From Azolla caroliniana (Eukaryota > Plantae > Polypodiophyta): a DNA stretch of 64,000 nucleotides. Of the stretch, positions 47,151 to 58,400 are shown piece after piece; the first letter of the stretch is position 1, and each line of letters starts with the position of its first letter. The position numbers were made by a program, and so were the translations under genes. The stretch covers positions 18,326 through 82,325 of the forward strand of contig JBHGNT010000110.1 in assembly GCA_043228905.1 (NCBI GenBank), given 5' to 3'. The notes below the pieces were generated by a model. The model was given only the letters and a program-made list of their open reading frames with translations. It was not told where the DNA came from and made no database searches.

Positions 47151-47972
47151 GTCGGGTTCACCAAAGATGTCGAGATATTACGCAAGTGCGTGTGGAATAG
47201 AGGCGGGACCGCGGGGGTCTCGAACCAAAGAGCAAGCGAGGGAGGAGAAAGAGAGAGAACCGGCTACGCAGGACCGGGGATACACAGGGACACGGCCCTT
47301 CAGCACGGAGAACGCGAACAGACACCGACACAGACGGATGCGAATGACTAAATATGTGTATTAACAAAATGGCTAACACGACTACAACCCCCGATGGGGC
47401 ACAGGTTGGTTGCAACCGAACAGGCCGGCGAACAGATGCCGATGCCTGTTCGCTTCGACGCACAAACGGGGAAATGGGGGGGGGGTAGCAGGTCGGAGGT
47501 GCTGCCGGAAGCACTCGGGCGTTCCTCGAAACAGCGCGAGCCTCCCCCGGAACCCTGCACAGAAAGCTTTGGAGCTCAAGAAGGAAGGAAACAGAGAGAG
47601 CGAAGCGTCCAGAAACGGTCCGACAGCACTTCGTCCTCTCCGCGCCAGATCCCTGCAACAGCTCTTTCCCGCTCCTTATATAGGCCGACGAACAGGCCGT
47701 CGTGTCAGCTTTATTCCCTGTCCCTTTTGGACAGGGATCCGCTCCGTTTTTCACAGATCCGCGTAGTTACGCCGCCGACTCGTACAGTTCGCGCGCGCGA
47801 CCGAAAAGACTGTTCGCGCGGTCTTTGTCTCCACTTGAGTTAGGGCCCGTTCCTGCCGATTATCCTCTCAATTCGTTTCTATGTACAACTCGGAGCGTGC
47901 GCGCGTGAAGAACCGGTTCCCACGCCTTGGTGCGCCGATTCCGCCTATAGACGGTTTTCTTCACGACACCGG

Positions 47973-50711
47973 TGAGAATGCGAAGGCTTTCCCGTGCCTT
48001 CCGAGCATTCTCCGAAACCGGTCTTCCTCTACCGGCAGTAGGAACCCGCCCCCACCGATTTTGAGCTCTAGGAGCGTCCCGTCAGTGAAGGTGTGTCCTA
48101 TGCAGACCGGATCTCGTAAACTGGGGTGCCGCGACCGGCCTTACCTTCCGGTCCACAGTCTTGTACTTCGTGCTAACGCGGGCCGTCCGATCCGGCTCGA
48201 GCCCTTGACTGAAGTTCGCGATGACTTCGTACATCTCTTCGGAACATACCGGTATCGTCCGGTCTTCGATAAGGTCTTCCCCGGCTACCTTCCTCAGCAT
48301 CCCCAAGGTGTCGTTGAAGGAGACCGCCTCCACGGCTCCGCTGATTTCCTCGTCCGGGCCGAGGACTCCGCACGCTCGAAGTCGCTCCTCCGCCCTTGCC
48401 CTTTCTCGGCCAGCGATGCCGACTATCATACACCCTCCGTCGTTGGAGAAGCAAAATTTTCTACCTATCATACAAGGATTCTTCGGTTTCGGTTCTATCG
48501 TACAACTGTGGGGTCTTTCCCAAGTGTCCGGACTGTCTCGACCCCACGCCTTGGCAGCCCTCTCTAAAAATCCTCCCGGTTCTCGCCACCGAGGGATTCG
48601 CGGTTTCGCTCGTGGTTCGGCCGCACTGTCAGAAATTGGACTGAATGGCGCTCGTCCTGGCTTTTGACCCTCGCGTAGGCCGAACCGTTGTCCAGCACTT
48701 TGGTCTCCATTCTCGCCGCCGTGATGTATGGTTCCCCTAAAATGACCGGATGCGAGGACGTCTCCTGTACGAAGAAGTGCTGGTCAATCTCGACGTCACC
48801 GATCTTGACTCGCACATTCGGGCAGGCCCCGTGCAGTTCCTCGGTGGCGCGCGTCGCCGCCCGTATCTTCCACCCGTGCTTGGTGTTGATCGGCCATTTT
48901 CCCTTCTTATAGAAGTCCATGGACATCAGGTTTATTTCTGAACCGTGGTCCACCAGTGCTACCACCGGTTCCTGAACATCTCCGATCTTTACCAGGGTCT
49001 CCGTGGTCGCTCGGGCCCAGTGTGACCTCGAATAGTGGCTCTCCGCCCACCCATCTTCCAGTGCTAAGTCGTCGATGTGCGTCGTCCGCACCTCCACCGG
49101 TCTTTCCGGTTCCGTCTCCGTCGACAGCCTCTTCCGTTTCACCAAGTCTACAATGGAGTCGTGGAACTCCTTCTTGGCGATCCCTAGCACCTCCCGCAAT
49201 GACAGCTCCACTTTGCTGTCGAGGATCCGTTCTTCTAGGACCTTTCGTAGGTCCGTGGTCCTTTCTAATTCCGTCCCCAGTCGGTATCCGCCCTTCCTGG
49301 GGTTATCTTGCGAGCTGGACCCACCGGCATCGTTCCGTCGTTGCCTGAATCGGGTCTCGTACCGTTGTGAGGGCCCGGCCGCTCCGGCTTTCTCCACTCA
49401 TTTGTCTTCTACCAGAGCCTCGTAGTTCCGGCAGGCGGCTTCTACGAAGCCCGTCTTCTCCTCGACCGGGTCGCTCCACCCGGTTACTTCCCGGACCCGT
49501 CTCTCAACGCAGTCCGCTTCATCTTTCCTCAACCGTGCGCCGGCGAGGCCTTCCAGCATTGCCGACCAGAATCCGTCTTTGCTCTCCTCTCGGGCCTCGC
49601 TGCCCCCGACCCGAATGCGCCGACGCCGAGTAGTGGATGGCCTCCACATGTCGGGCCGCTGCCTCTTCCATCAGTCTCTTCATACCTCCTCGCCCGTCGT
49701 TTCGGTTTAGGGCCCTTCTGGTGTCGCCGGCGTGAAACCGGCCTTCCCACAGGTACACCACCCGGTTCCTCAACGCCTCTGCGAAGTCGCCACAATCCTT
49801 CTGAATGTGGCCGACCTCGTCGCACCACATGCACCTGTTCCCTGCTGCCGGACGTCGGTCACGAGCCGGTTCGCCGCCTTCCCTTCGAGTCTGGGCGATC
49901 TTGAGATCCTTTATCGCCCGCGTCAACTCCTCCAGCGCTGCTCCTCCGGACGAGCCATTGACCATGCCGATCGAAGCCGAAACGGTTTCGAGCCATTCCC
50001 GGGTTTCTTCCCTTCGCCCTTGCGATGCCGGTTCAAGCCTCCTTGCTGTGACAGAGCCCGCACCGGCCGCCCCGTTGTCAACCCATTCTCGCCGTTTGTC
50101 GAAACGGCCACAGACTCTCTTGACCGCAGCCCAGTCGGTCGTCAGCCCGTCTTCGGTTTCCAGCAAGGAGCCGACTTGATCCCGGTCCCGCTCATCCACC
50201 GACTTGACGAACAGTAGGACCCGACTCGTATCCAGAACGGTTCCGTCGAGCGCCGAAAGGCGCGCAAAGCGTTCTTCGAACTCCCGGAGGAGTGCCGACG
50301 CGTTTCTTCCCTTGCCGGGGGACTCCACCCATTCCATGAAGTCTCGTTTCGAAAGCCGGAGCGCGTCGTCCAACCCGTATTTATCTAGGAGTTGGCCTTC
50401 AAACTCCTCCCAGGTACGGCTCTTCGCCCGCACCTCGAGCACCTCCGCATGGATGCTCGGCATCGCCACTCGAGGAAACCCGGCAAGACGCCTCTCTTCC
50501 GGAATGTCCTGCATCAGCATTTCTGCCCCATAGGATGCCAAATACTTCGTGGCTTCCTTTCCGCTGAACCGGCCGATCGTACCGACGACCACCTCAATGG
50601 CTCTGTCGAGGGCGTCGGTGCCCTCGCGTGCGCTCAATATCCGATCCACGGCCGAAGCCATGGCCTCCGCAAGATCCGACCCCTTCATCTTCTGCTCTTC
50701 TGCCGCCTCCT
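47973..50711 (-). pseudogene. Gypsy H gag-protease and pol start, disrupted
   Basis: ORFs 49519-50940, 49398-49649, 48564-49397 and 48082-48471 are homologous to G, with a frameshift, a stop and a small deletion ~48121. Confidence 0.9.
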
Positions 50712-52385
50712 TCACGTCGGGTTCACCAAGATGTCGAGGTATTCCTCGCGGATGCGTGGAATGAGGCGGGACCTCGGGGGTCTTGTACCGAAGAGCAAGA
50801 GAGAAAGGAGAAGGGAGGGGACCCACTACGTGCGAGCGTAGATTCACAGGGACACGGCCCTTCGACACAAAGACGCGAGTGGGACACCGACACAGAGAGA
50901 CACGAATGTATGTAAATATATATATTAACAAACCAAACAACGAGAAGCACGAAGTCGGTTACAACCGAACAGGCCGGCGAACAGATGTCGATGCCTGTTT
51001 GTAAACGCACAGAAAGAAAGGAGTAGGTTGGAGGTGCTGCCGGAAGCACTCGGGCATTCCTCAGAGCAGCGCGAGCCTCCCGAAACCTGCACAGAAAGAA
51101 GCCACGGAGCTTGGGGGAGAGAGAGAGAGAGAAGCCTTTCACCGCCCCCCAAATTGACAGCACTTCGTCCTCCTCTCCGCGCGATCCCCTCCCCCCCTCC
51201 TCGTCTCCCTCCTCTCATAGGCAAGGAAGGAGTCGTTTCCCATTAACTTCCCACCTACCGAATCTACCTACCTAGGATCTTCTATGTACCTAATTCTCTC
51301 TTATGTACAATATAAGGCGTACGTGCATGAAGAGCCGGTTCCTACGCTCCGGTGTACTGATTCCGCTTGTGGGCGGTTTTCTTCACGACAACGCTTCTTT
51401 TTTTTTGGGGTCCAGTGTGTTCTGTCTGTGTGCGTGAGTAGGATCCCTGTGTCGGGTCCATCGCCGCCTTGTCGGTTGTAATCGTCAGAGTTTGTAATCT
51501 CTTGATATTGTAATCTACTGTTACTGTAATTAAGTGTTCCGTTTCTTTCTCTTTCCTTCTCCCTTCTGCGTATCTGCAAATCTCTTCTCCTCTCCTCTCC
51601 TCTCTCTCTCTCTCTCTCGCTCCTCGGTTCAAGGTCCCCGTGGTCCCGCCTCTTTCTACATGCACGCGCGTAACAACGCGACAACGGTAGGGTAACAATA
51701 CATTAATAACTTTGCACATGACTAGGAGTAGGTCGGTGTGATGTAAATATACTAGGAAGAATATATTTATTAGCTAGAAAATCGAAGTGTATCTTTGCCC
51801 AAAGGGACAAAGAATAAAGATGATGTAAACCGGATGTGACAGTCTCTCCCTGGCAGCCTATAAAAGGACGGGGAGAAGGCTGAAACGGTATCGCGTTTTA
51901 AGGGCGAGGACGAAGCGATGTCGGACTAGGAACCGAGCATTTTTCTCCTCATTTCCGTTGGTCTCTGCAGGTTTTCGCGAGGTCGTCTCTGCTCGCGAGA
52001 GAAGCTCGTGCCCTTCTAGCTAAGGCTCCACTGAGTGTTTTACGTGTGTGCGTGCTCGGTCACTCGCCGACGTGCCGGTTGTAATCTCGGGAGTATCGTA
52101 TTTGTTTAGTTGTCTTAATCAATTCTTTGGGTTGCGGCCTCTTGGTGTATTTGTGTATACTCTAATCCACTGTCATCACGGAGCAGGTCGAGCGCGTTTC
52201 TCTGTTTATTTTGTACGCAATTGTGTTATTCGTTTTATCCGATGAGCATTGCTTGCCTGTGACAGGCACTTGCCGGCCTCGTATAATTACTTGCCGGAGG
52301 TCGGTACTTGCATTCTCTCTCTGTTTCTGTGCACTCCTCGGTCCAAGGCCCTCGCAGTCCCGCCTTAGTTTCCTATGGTATAACA

Positions 52386-53480
52386 GTAGCTCATGTAGAG
52401 ACACATGTGCTCCACTTGCCAATGTCCGATTCAAAAAGTACATGGTTGTCCTGACCGCTTCGGCCAAATAAAATTTAGGCATTCTCTTCTCCATCGATGA
52501 AGGAGACAAAATATCGGCTCCTGCCAATGCTTACCTTCTGTGTCGTTCCCTAGACATCCGAATGGATTAGATCGAGCTTGTTATGGCTCTGATTGCGTTC
52601 GTTGGGGAACGGAAGTCGGTGTTGCTTCCCAAGTTGGCACACTTCACAAACTTGGCCCTTCCGGCCATTGAATGTCGGCAAGCCGAAAATTGTCTGCTTT
52701 GTCTGCACGTCGTGAAGCTTTGGGAAGTTGATGTGGCCAATACTCTTGTGCCACAGGTCGATGTCCAATTCGACCTTCTGTCCCTTGGCAAACATAGTGG
52801 CACCAATATCATTAGTTTTGAGGATAAACATTCTCCCTTCTCTGTGAACACACATGATCCACGACCTTTGTCTTCCGAACTTGCATGCCTTGGTCGACAA
52901 TCTGTCAACCCAACACCAAATTCTTGGTGATTATCGACACATGCAAGACGTTCCTCATCAGACCTCTCTGGCTGATGTGCCTCAGAGGAACATTGCCGAT
53001 ATGCTCAATGCGGTGGATTGTGTCGTCATCGGGCTCGACGTATCACGACTGCTCCGGCTTCTCAAGGCTCCAGAACCATTCTTCATGGTTCATCATGTGG
53101 TTGGAAGCTCTAGAGTCGACATACCATATCTTCCTCGGTTTCGAGGTGCTCCCCTCCATCAAGTTGACCTTATGCTTCATTACGAACGCAGGGTCCTTTT
53201 CGGCATGCCCTAAATTCTCTGCATAGTGTGATCGTTATCGATTTCCTGCCTTGGCTTTGTTCGAATCGGCCTTCTTCTTCCAACACTCGCTTTTCTTGTG
53301 GCCCGTTTTTCTATAAGGCCAGTAGTCCATCCACTTGGTTTGTTGGATTCTGACACCACCCTAACTCCCCTTGCTCGTGGAGGGTCCTCGATTGCTTTCT
53401 TCTCTTTTGTTATACCTCTACTCATATCAGCCACCATTTGTGCGTGCTGAACCACCTCTTTCACCATGACCACGGGGCCA
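52386..53480 (-). mobile_element. Copia fragment (gag/PR, GAG-pre-integrase, partial integrase)
   Basis: LWHKSIGH...CEVCQLGKQHR...DLIHSDV; FYLAEAVRT; degraded. Confidence 0.8.
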
Positions 53481-55420
53481 TTCCACCTCTGTGTACAACA
53501 TCTATCTAGTTGTCAGCATGCATGCTCCTCAATGCACATGTGTGGTTCTCTACGACTAGGAGCATCAACTCCAAGTCGAAGAAAGATGGTGGGCAAATCT
53601 GCCTTGATCACATCCCAAAAAAATTTGAAAAAATCTCTTGATAGTCCATTGGAGCCTGGAGAGGACGTTCTCAAATACCTGCCAAAGCATCAGTCACCTC
53701 CTCTTCCAAGAGAGGCCTCGCCAGATTAGCTTGTGCTGCATCTGAAATTTTGTGTTGCATTCCCTCTAGCACATATTCTATCATAGCAGGTTCTCTTCGA
53801 CTAGGAGCATCAACTCCAAGTCGAAGAAAGATGGTGGGCAAATCTGCCTTGATCACATCCCAAAAAATTTCAAAAAAATCTCTTGATAGTCCATTGGAGC
53901 CTGGAGAGGACGTTCTCAAATACCTGCCAAAGCATTAGTCACCTCCTCTTCCAAGAAAGGCCTCACCAGATTAGCTTGTGCCGCATTTGAAATTTTGTGT
54001 TGCATTCCCTCTATCACATATTCTATCATAGCAGGTTGTTCGGGGATACTGTAACTATCCGAAAGCAACTCATGATGGTGTAAGGTGACCGCCTCCAAGA
54101 TCTCCGAAATATCCTCCGACATAGAGCCATCTTCCTTAACCAACTTCGGGCTGTAGCTACAATTTGTTCTAGGCTCTTTATGCATGAAAACTTGTTTATT
54201 CACTTTATCACCATTTTTGCTCCACCATGCTGCCGAACTCCTAAATAGCATCATATTTCTGGATGCAATCAAGCGTGCAACGTTTCTTTGGCAGCCTCAA
54301 GGCTTGCCCTAGACCATTGGCATCAGGGATCTTTCTGTAATAGCCTTTGGGCAACCACTATTGATCTCCTTAAACACATTTCTTCCTCCTTAGACCTCAC
54401 AATTCTACTTTTAGTCGCCCTATGGAGATAAGTTGAAGTTTCGATAATCTTCCCTTGAAGTTTATCAATTGTGCCACACCCAGCCGAATTGTTTTCCCAT
54501 ACACCTTATGTTTCTACTCACCTCCGCATCCTCAAAAATTTTTTTGTTAATCCTCACATTGCAGTCCCTTGCTGGTCTTCTCTGAGTTTCTAGCGTTATC
54601 TTAACCGGCATATGATCAGAGTAGGTTGAACCTGCAATGATTTCAACATTGGTTCCAAAATTTTCTAGTTCCGAACTGATGTATATTCTATCTATACGAG
54701 ACATGCAAAAGCCATGCATACTTCAACCTACTCTCGAAAAACTTAGCGAACTTCAAAGCTTTTTTATTACATGCCAGGCATCTTTCACCCCCATTCGACC
54801 CATCAGCAAATCTCATGCAACTAGGTCAGCCCCTTGCACCACCATTTGCATACCCCCCCCCCCCCCACCACCACCTTGTCCTCTTTGTACAAAGTCATAT
54901 TAAAATTCCTTGCAAGGATCCATGCACCTGCAATCGGCAAGCCATCGGCCCATTGCCTCCAAAAAAGGGCCTGGTTCATTGACGAATTGGGCGCATACAC
55001 ATTTATTATGCCAATTATACATTGGGACCATCTAATCGTCACATAGATGGCACGTCCCTCCGCTATGGTGTCCTGTCCCAACACAACGACATCTAAAGAC
55101 TTCCTTATAGATGTACAAACACCCCTTTCCTACCGTGCTCACCTTAAGCTGGGGACCAAAACATCTGCCAATCCCCCTCAAGAGGATTGCTAATATTCAA
55201 GATCTTGTTCGCACTTAGATGGTGCTCTTGCAGCAACAATATATACGTGGCCCCCTTGAAACATGGGGATTTGAACTCCTGTCGGAAGTTCTTCATCTCC
55301 AACATACATTTGCTACCTCCTAGACCTTGTATGTTCCACGTGAGTAATTTCATGAAAACATGAGTGAAGTCTCCCATGACGGACATAGCCCCTCCCCTTG
55401 AGTCCACGCCCAACCACCCT
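53480..55420 (-). mobile_element. LINE (L1-like) ORF2 remnant: APE endonuclease and linker to RT start
   Basis: LLTWNIQG, LLQEHH, INVYAPN, SRIDRIY, SDHMPV and SPGSNG motifs; fragmented; ~240-bp tandem duplication at ~53545-54035. Confidence 0.85.
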
Positions 55421-58400
55421 TATTAAGCCTCTCCCATCCCAACACAATATCCTGCCTCATTGCATCCTCCATTTCCTCCTCATGGAAGTGCAACACCTCA
55501 TCAAGGGAGTCTACCCTCTCTTCTATGCTTAGTAGCAACAGTTTTTTAATGCATGAATCATTGACCCTCCCACAAATCATTTTCACATTCAGCCACATCA
55601 CTCTCCAGTTATCTCTATTAGAAATATTGAGAATCGATTAGATAGGTATATAGAGTTATAACCACAAAGTTCGTCAATTGTTGGCTTGTAGAAGATTCCG
55701 TAATTTAAAGTACCCACAATGTACTTTAATACACGTAGTGCAACTTTCCAATGAGTCTCCTTCGGCTTGTTGCTGAATCGACTCACCACACCGACTGCCA
55801 AACAAATATCTGGCCTAGTGTTGCATAGGAAAATTAGACTTCCTACTAGTTGTCTATACTTCCTTATGTCAACCATTGGTGATGGGTCTTCTTGGGATAG
55901 CTTGTAGTTTGACTCCATTGGAGTTGACTTCGACTTGTTGTCCATCATCCCAAAGGTCTTCAAGATCTCTGTTGCGTACATTCTTTGTGACATGAAGATG
56001 CCAACCGAGGTTTGCCAAACCTTAATTCCAAGGAAGTAGTGTAAAATCCCCAAGTCTATCATTTCAAACTCAGTTTTCAAACACTCTTGTGTTTGGCCAA
56101 TACACTCTTCATGATCACCAGTAAGTACTAGATCATCCACATAAATGATGATGATGACTTGTTTCCTGACCTTCATTTTGACAAACATACTTGCATCCGA
56201 AGCACATTGCTTAAAGTCGATTCATTGTAAGAAGCTGTCTATCCTCTTGTTCCAAGCTCTTGGTGCTTGCTTTAGACCATACAACGCCTTCTTCAGTTTG
56301 CAGACTTTGTTTTCTGAATTCGGCATCTCAAACCTTGGTGGTTGTGTCACGTATACCTCCTCCTTGAGATGCCCATTCAAAAATGCCGATTTGACATCCA
56401 TTTGATAAATCGGTCATCCTCTTGAAGCAGCCAACGATATGACCATTCGAATTGTTGTCATGCGAGCTATTGGGGCAAATGTTTCTTGTACATCGAACCC
56501 TTCAATTTGGGAGCATCCTTGCGCTACTAGCCTGGCCTTAAATTTCTCCAAAGAACCATCAGTTATATACTTTACTTTCCACACCCACTTGGTGCCTATC
56601 ACCTTCCTCTTTGTTGGCCTCTCTACCAACTCTCACGTGTCATTTTTCATGATGCTATTGTATTCTGATATCATCGCCTCTTTCCACTTCGGGTCGGCCA
56701 TGGCTTCCTTCACCGAGGTTGGCTCACTCACTGAGCCTATGATGTCCACCATCAGAGCCATGTTGACAATGTGGTTAGAGGTTCTCCCTTACTCCTGTAT
56801 TCTTCTTGATCTTTGTGATCCATCAGTTGAAGTTTCAAGAAACTCAACTTTAGGAGTACGGTCATTGAAGAGTTGTTGATCCCACTTAGGTATTTTCTTT
56901 ACATGTGGCAGTGGCATAGGCTGAACTAGCGAGCCATTACCATCAGATGGTTCAACTTCCTTTTATGGACAGTGGGTCGGGATTGGGGGGAATACTTCTT
57001 TGGTTGATGAGATAACTTGAGAATCGTTGTTCTCAACTAGTTGTGGTCATTCCTCATCGAACACCACATCGCGGCTTGTCAATATCTTTCTTGCCTCTAG
57101 ATCGTAGAGTCAATAGGCCTTTGACTCTTCACTATATCCGAGAAAGATACACTTCTTGCTTTTAGCATCCAACTTCTTTCTGCTCACATCCGGAACATGT
57201 GCGTAGCACGTACACCCAAAGGTTTTGAAGTGCAGCATTGAATAAGCCTCTTGGGGTCTTTGCCTTGAAGTGCCTTCGTGTAGCTCCGATTGAGGATGTA
57301 AACTATTGTATTCACTACTGCAGCCCAGAATGGGTCGGGCAGCGCTTGTGCCTTCAACATACACCTAGCCATCTCCACAACTGTTTGGTTTCGATGTTCG
57401 ACAACGCCATTTTGTTGTGGAGTGTAGGTAGTTGTAAGTTGACGCTTAATTCCATGCTCTTTGCAATATCACATAATTCTATTGATAAGAATTCTCCACC
57501 TCGATCAGAGTGTAACTCCTTCACTAACTTTCCGGACTCCCGCTCGACAAACTTATGCCATCTTTTGAAGATTTTAAAAGCTTCAACACCCATTGCAGGA
57601 GTCACCATTTTTCCAGAGAGGTCGATGTGTATTAGTTGTAGAGGAGTCTTTGTCCGATTTTAACTCTCTTTTGGAATGGCTAATCTTTGATGCTTGCCCA
57701 TCATACAAGCATCACAAACATGACTTAAGTAAGATAGGGTTGGCAACCCAACTACCATATTTGACTTCTTCATCTCCTTCAACATAGCAACATTGAGATG
57801 CCCAAATCTCTCATGCAATTGCTTTTTGTTAGTACTTGTGTTGTGGTCAGTAGAAATTGTAAACATGCTTAGCTCATAGAGATTGTTGCGCCTTACCCCT
57901 ATTCCTACAACCTTGCCAGCAAAATCTATTATTTCTACACCCGACTTCTTGAATCGAACATCAAGAACCTTGTCGGTCAGTGCAGAAATGGACAATAGAT
58001 TCTTCTTGAGATCTGGCACGTACAACACTTGAGAGAGATGCTTTGTCCCGCCGGTCGTTGCTTTGAGGGAGACAATTCTGGTTCCTTTGGCTGGACATCA
58101 AGCATTGTTCCCGACCACAACATTGATGGGCTCTTGTAGAGGTGTCCAAGAGTTGTACTAGTCACGATTAGAGGTCATATGTCAGGATGCTCCACTATTG
58201 AGAATCCAAGAGTCATCGACAACTTCTTCAGTTGCAACCCATAACTCAAGCTCATCTGTGACATTGTTGGCGGACTCGGGCTCTCTCCAAGAAGTCTTAC
58301 TAGAACCATTCTTCTCATCCGCCATCTTCTTCCGACAATCCTTGATTGTGTGACCCTTCTTGTCATAGTAGAAAGAAGATCCATTGAACTTCTTCTTCTT

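Larger units (their letters stand above)
40638..47968 (-). mobile_element. Young, intact Ty3/Gypsy element G
   Basis: LTRs 40638-41437 and 47168-47968 with about 3 differences by eye; TSD CCGG; PBS 47147-47163; both ORFs open. Confidence 0.97.
37052..51390 (-). mobile_element. Ty3/Gypsy element H, interrupted by G
   Basis: LTRs 37052-37708 and 50732-51390; flanks ACGT/ACGC; PBS 50712-50728; gag frameshifted ~49620; pol split at 40637/47969 with a premature stop at 38181. Confidence 0.95.
36640..51683 (+). repeat. Solo Gypsy LTR I (36640-37051 + 51395-51683), split by element H; TSD ACGG
   Basis: Starts TGTCGTGAAGAAAACC, ends CGCGACA; ACGG at 36636-36639 and 51684-51687; lies in the right LTR of C. 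Confidence 0.85.
23604..51697. mobile_element. Non-autonomous LTR element C (LARD-like, tRNA-Arg-type PBS as in Tat/Ogre), inserted in the 3' LTR of B
   Basis: Direct LTRs 23604-23948 and 36313-36639 + 51688-51697 (TGTTGTCGGG...GGGTAACA); TSD ATACA at 23599-23603 and 51698-51702; no gag/pol of its own; CT- and CGGCC-rich interior. Confidence 0.85.
3400..52385 (+). mobile_element. Decayed Ty3/Gypsy element B, host of most nested insertions
   Basis: gag-PR pieces 3400-4479, 5727-6424, 10749-10875; RT/RNase H/IN pieces 10876-13306 and 22431-~23460; PPT then 3' LTR 23525-23603, continuing 51703-~52385; many stops and frameshifts; homologous to intact copies F and G. Confidence 0.85.

Noticed and set aside
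41783-47351. Many antisense and alternate-frame ORFs over the Gypsy gag/pol genes
   Set aside because: Shadow ORFs of GC-rich coding sequence with no recognisable motifs
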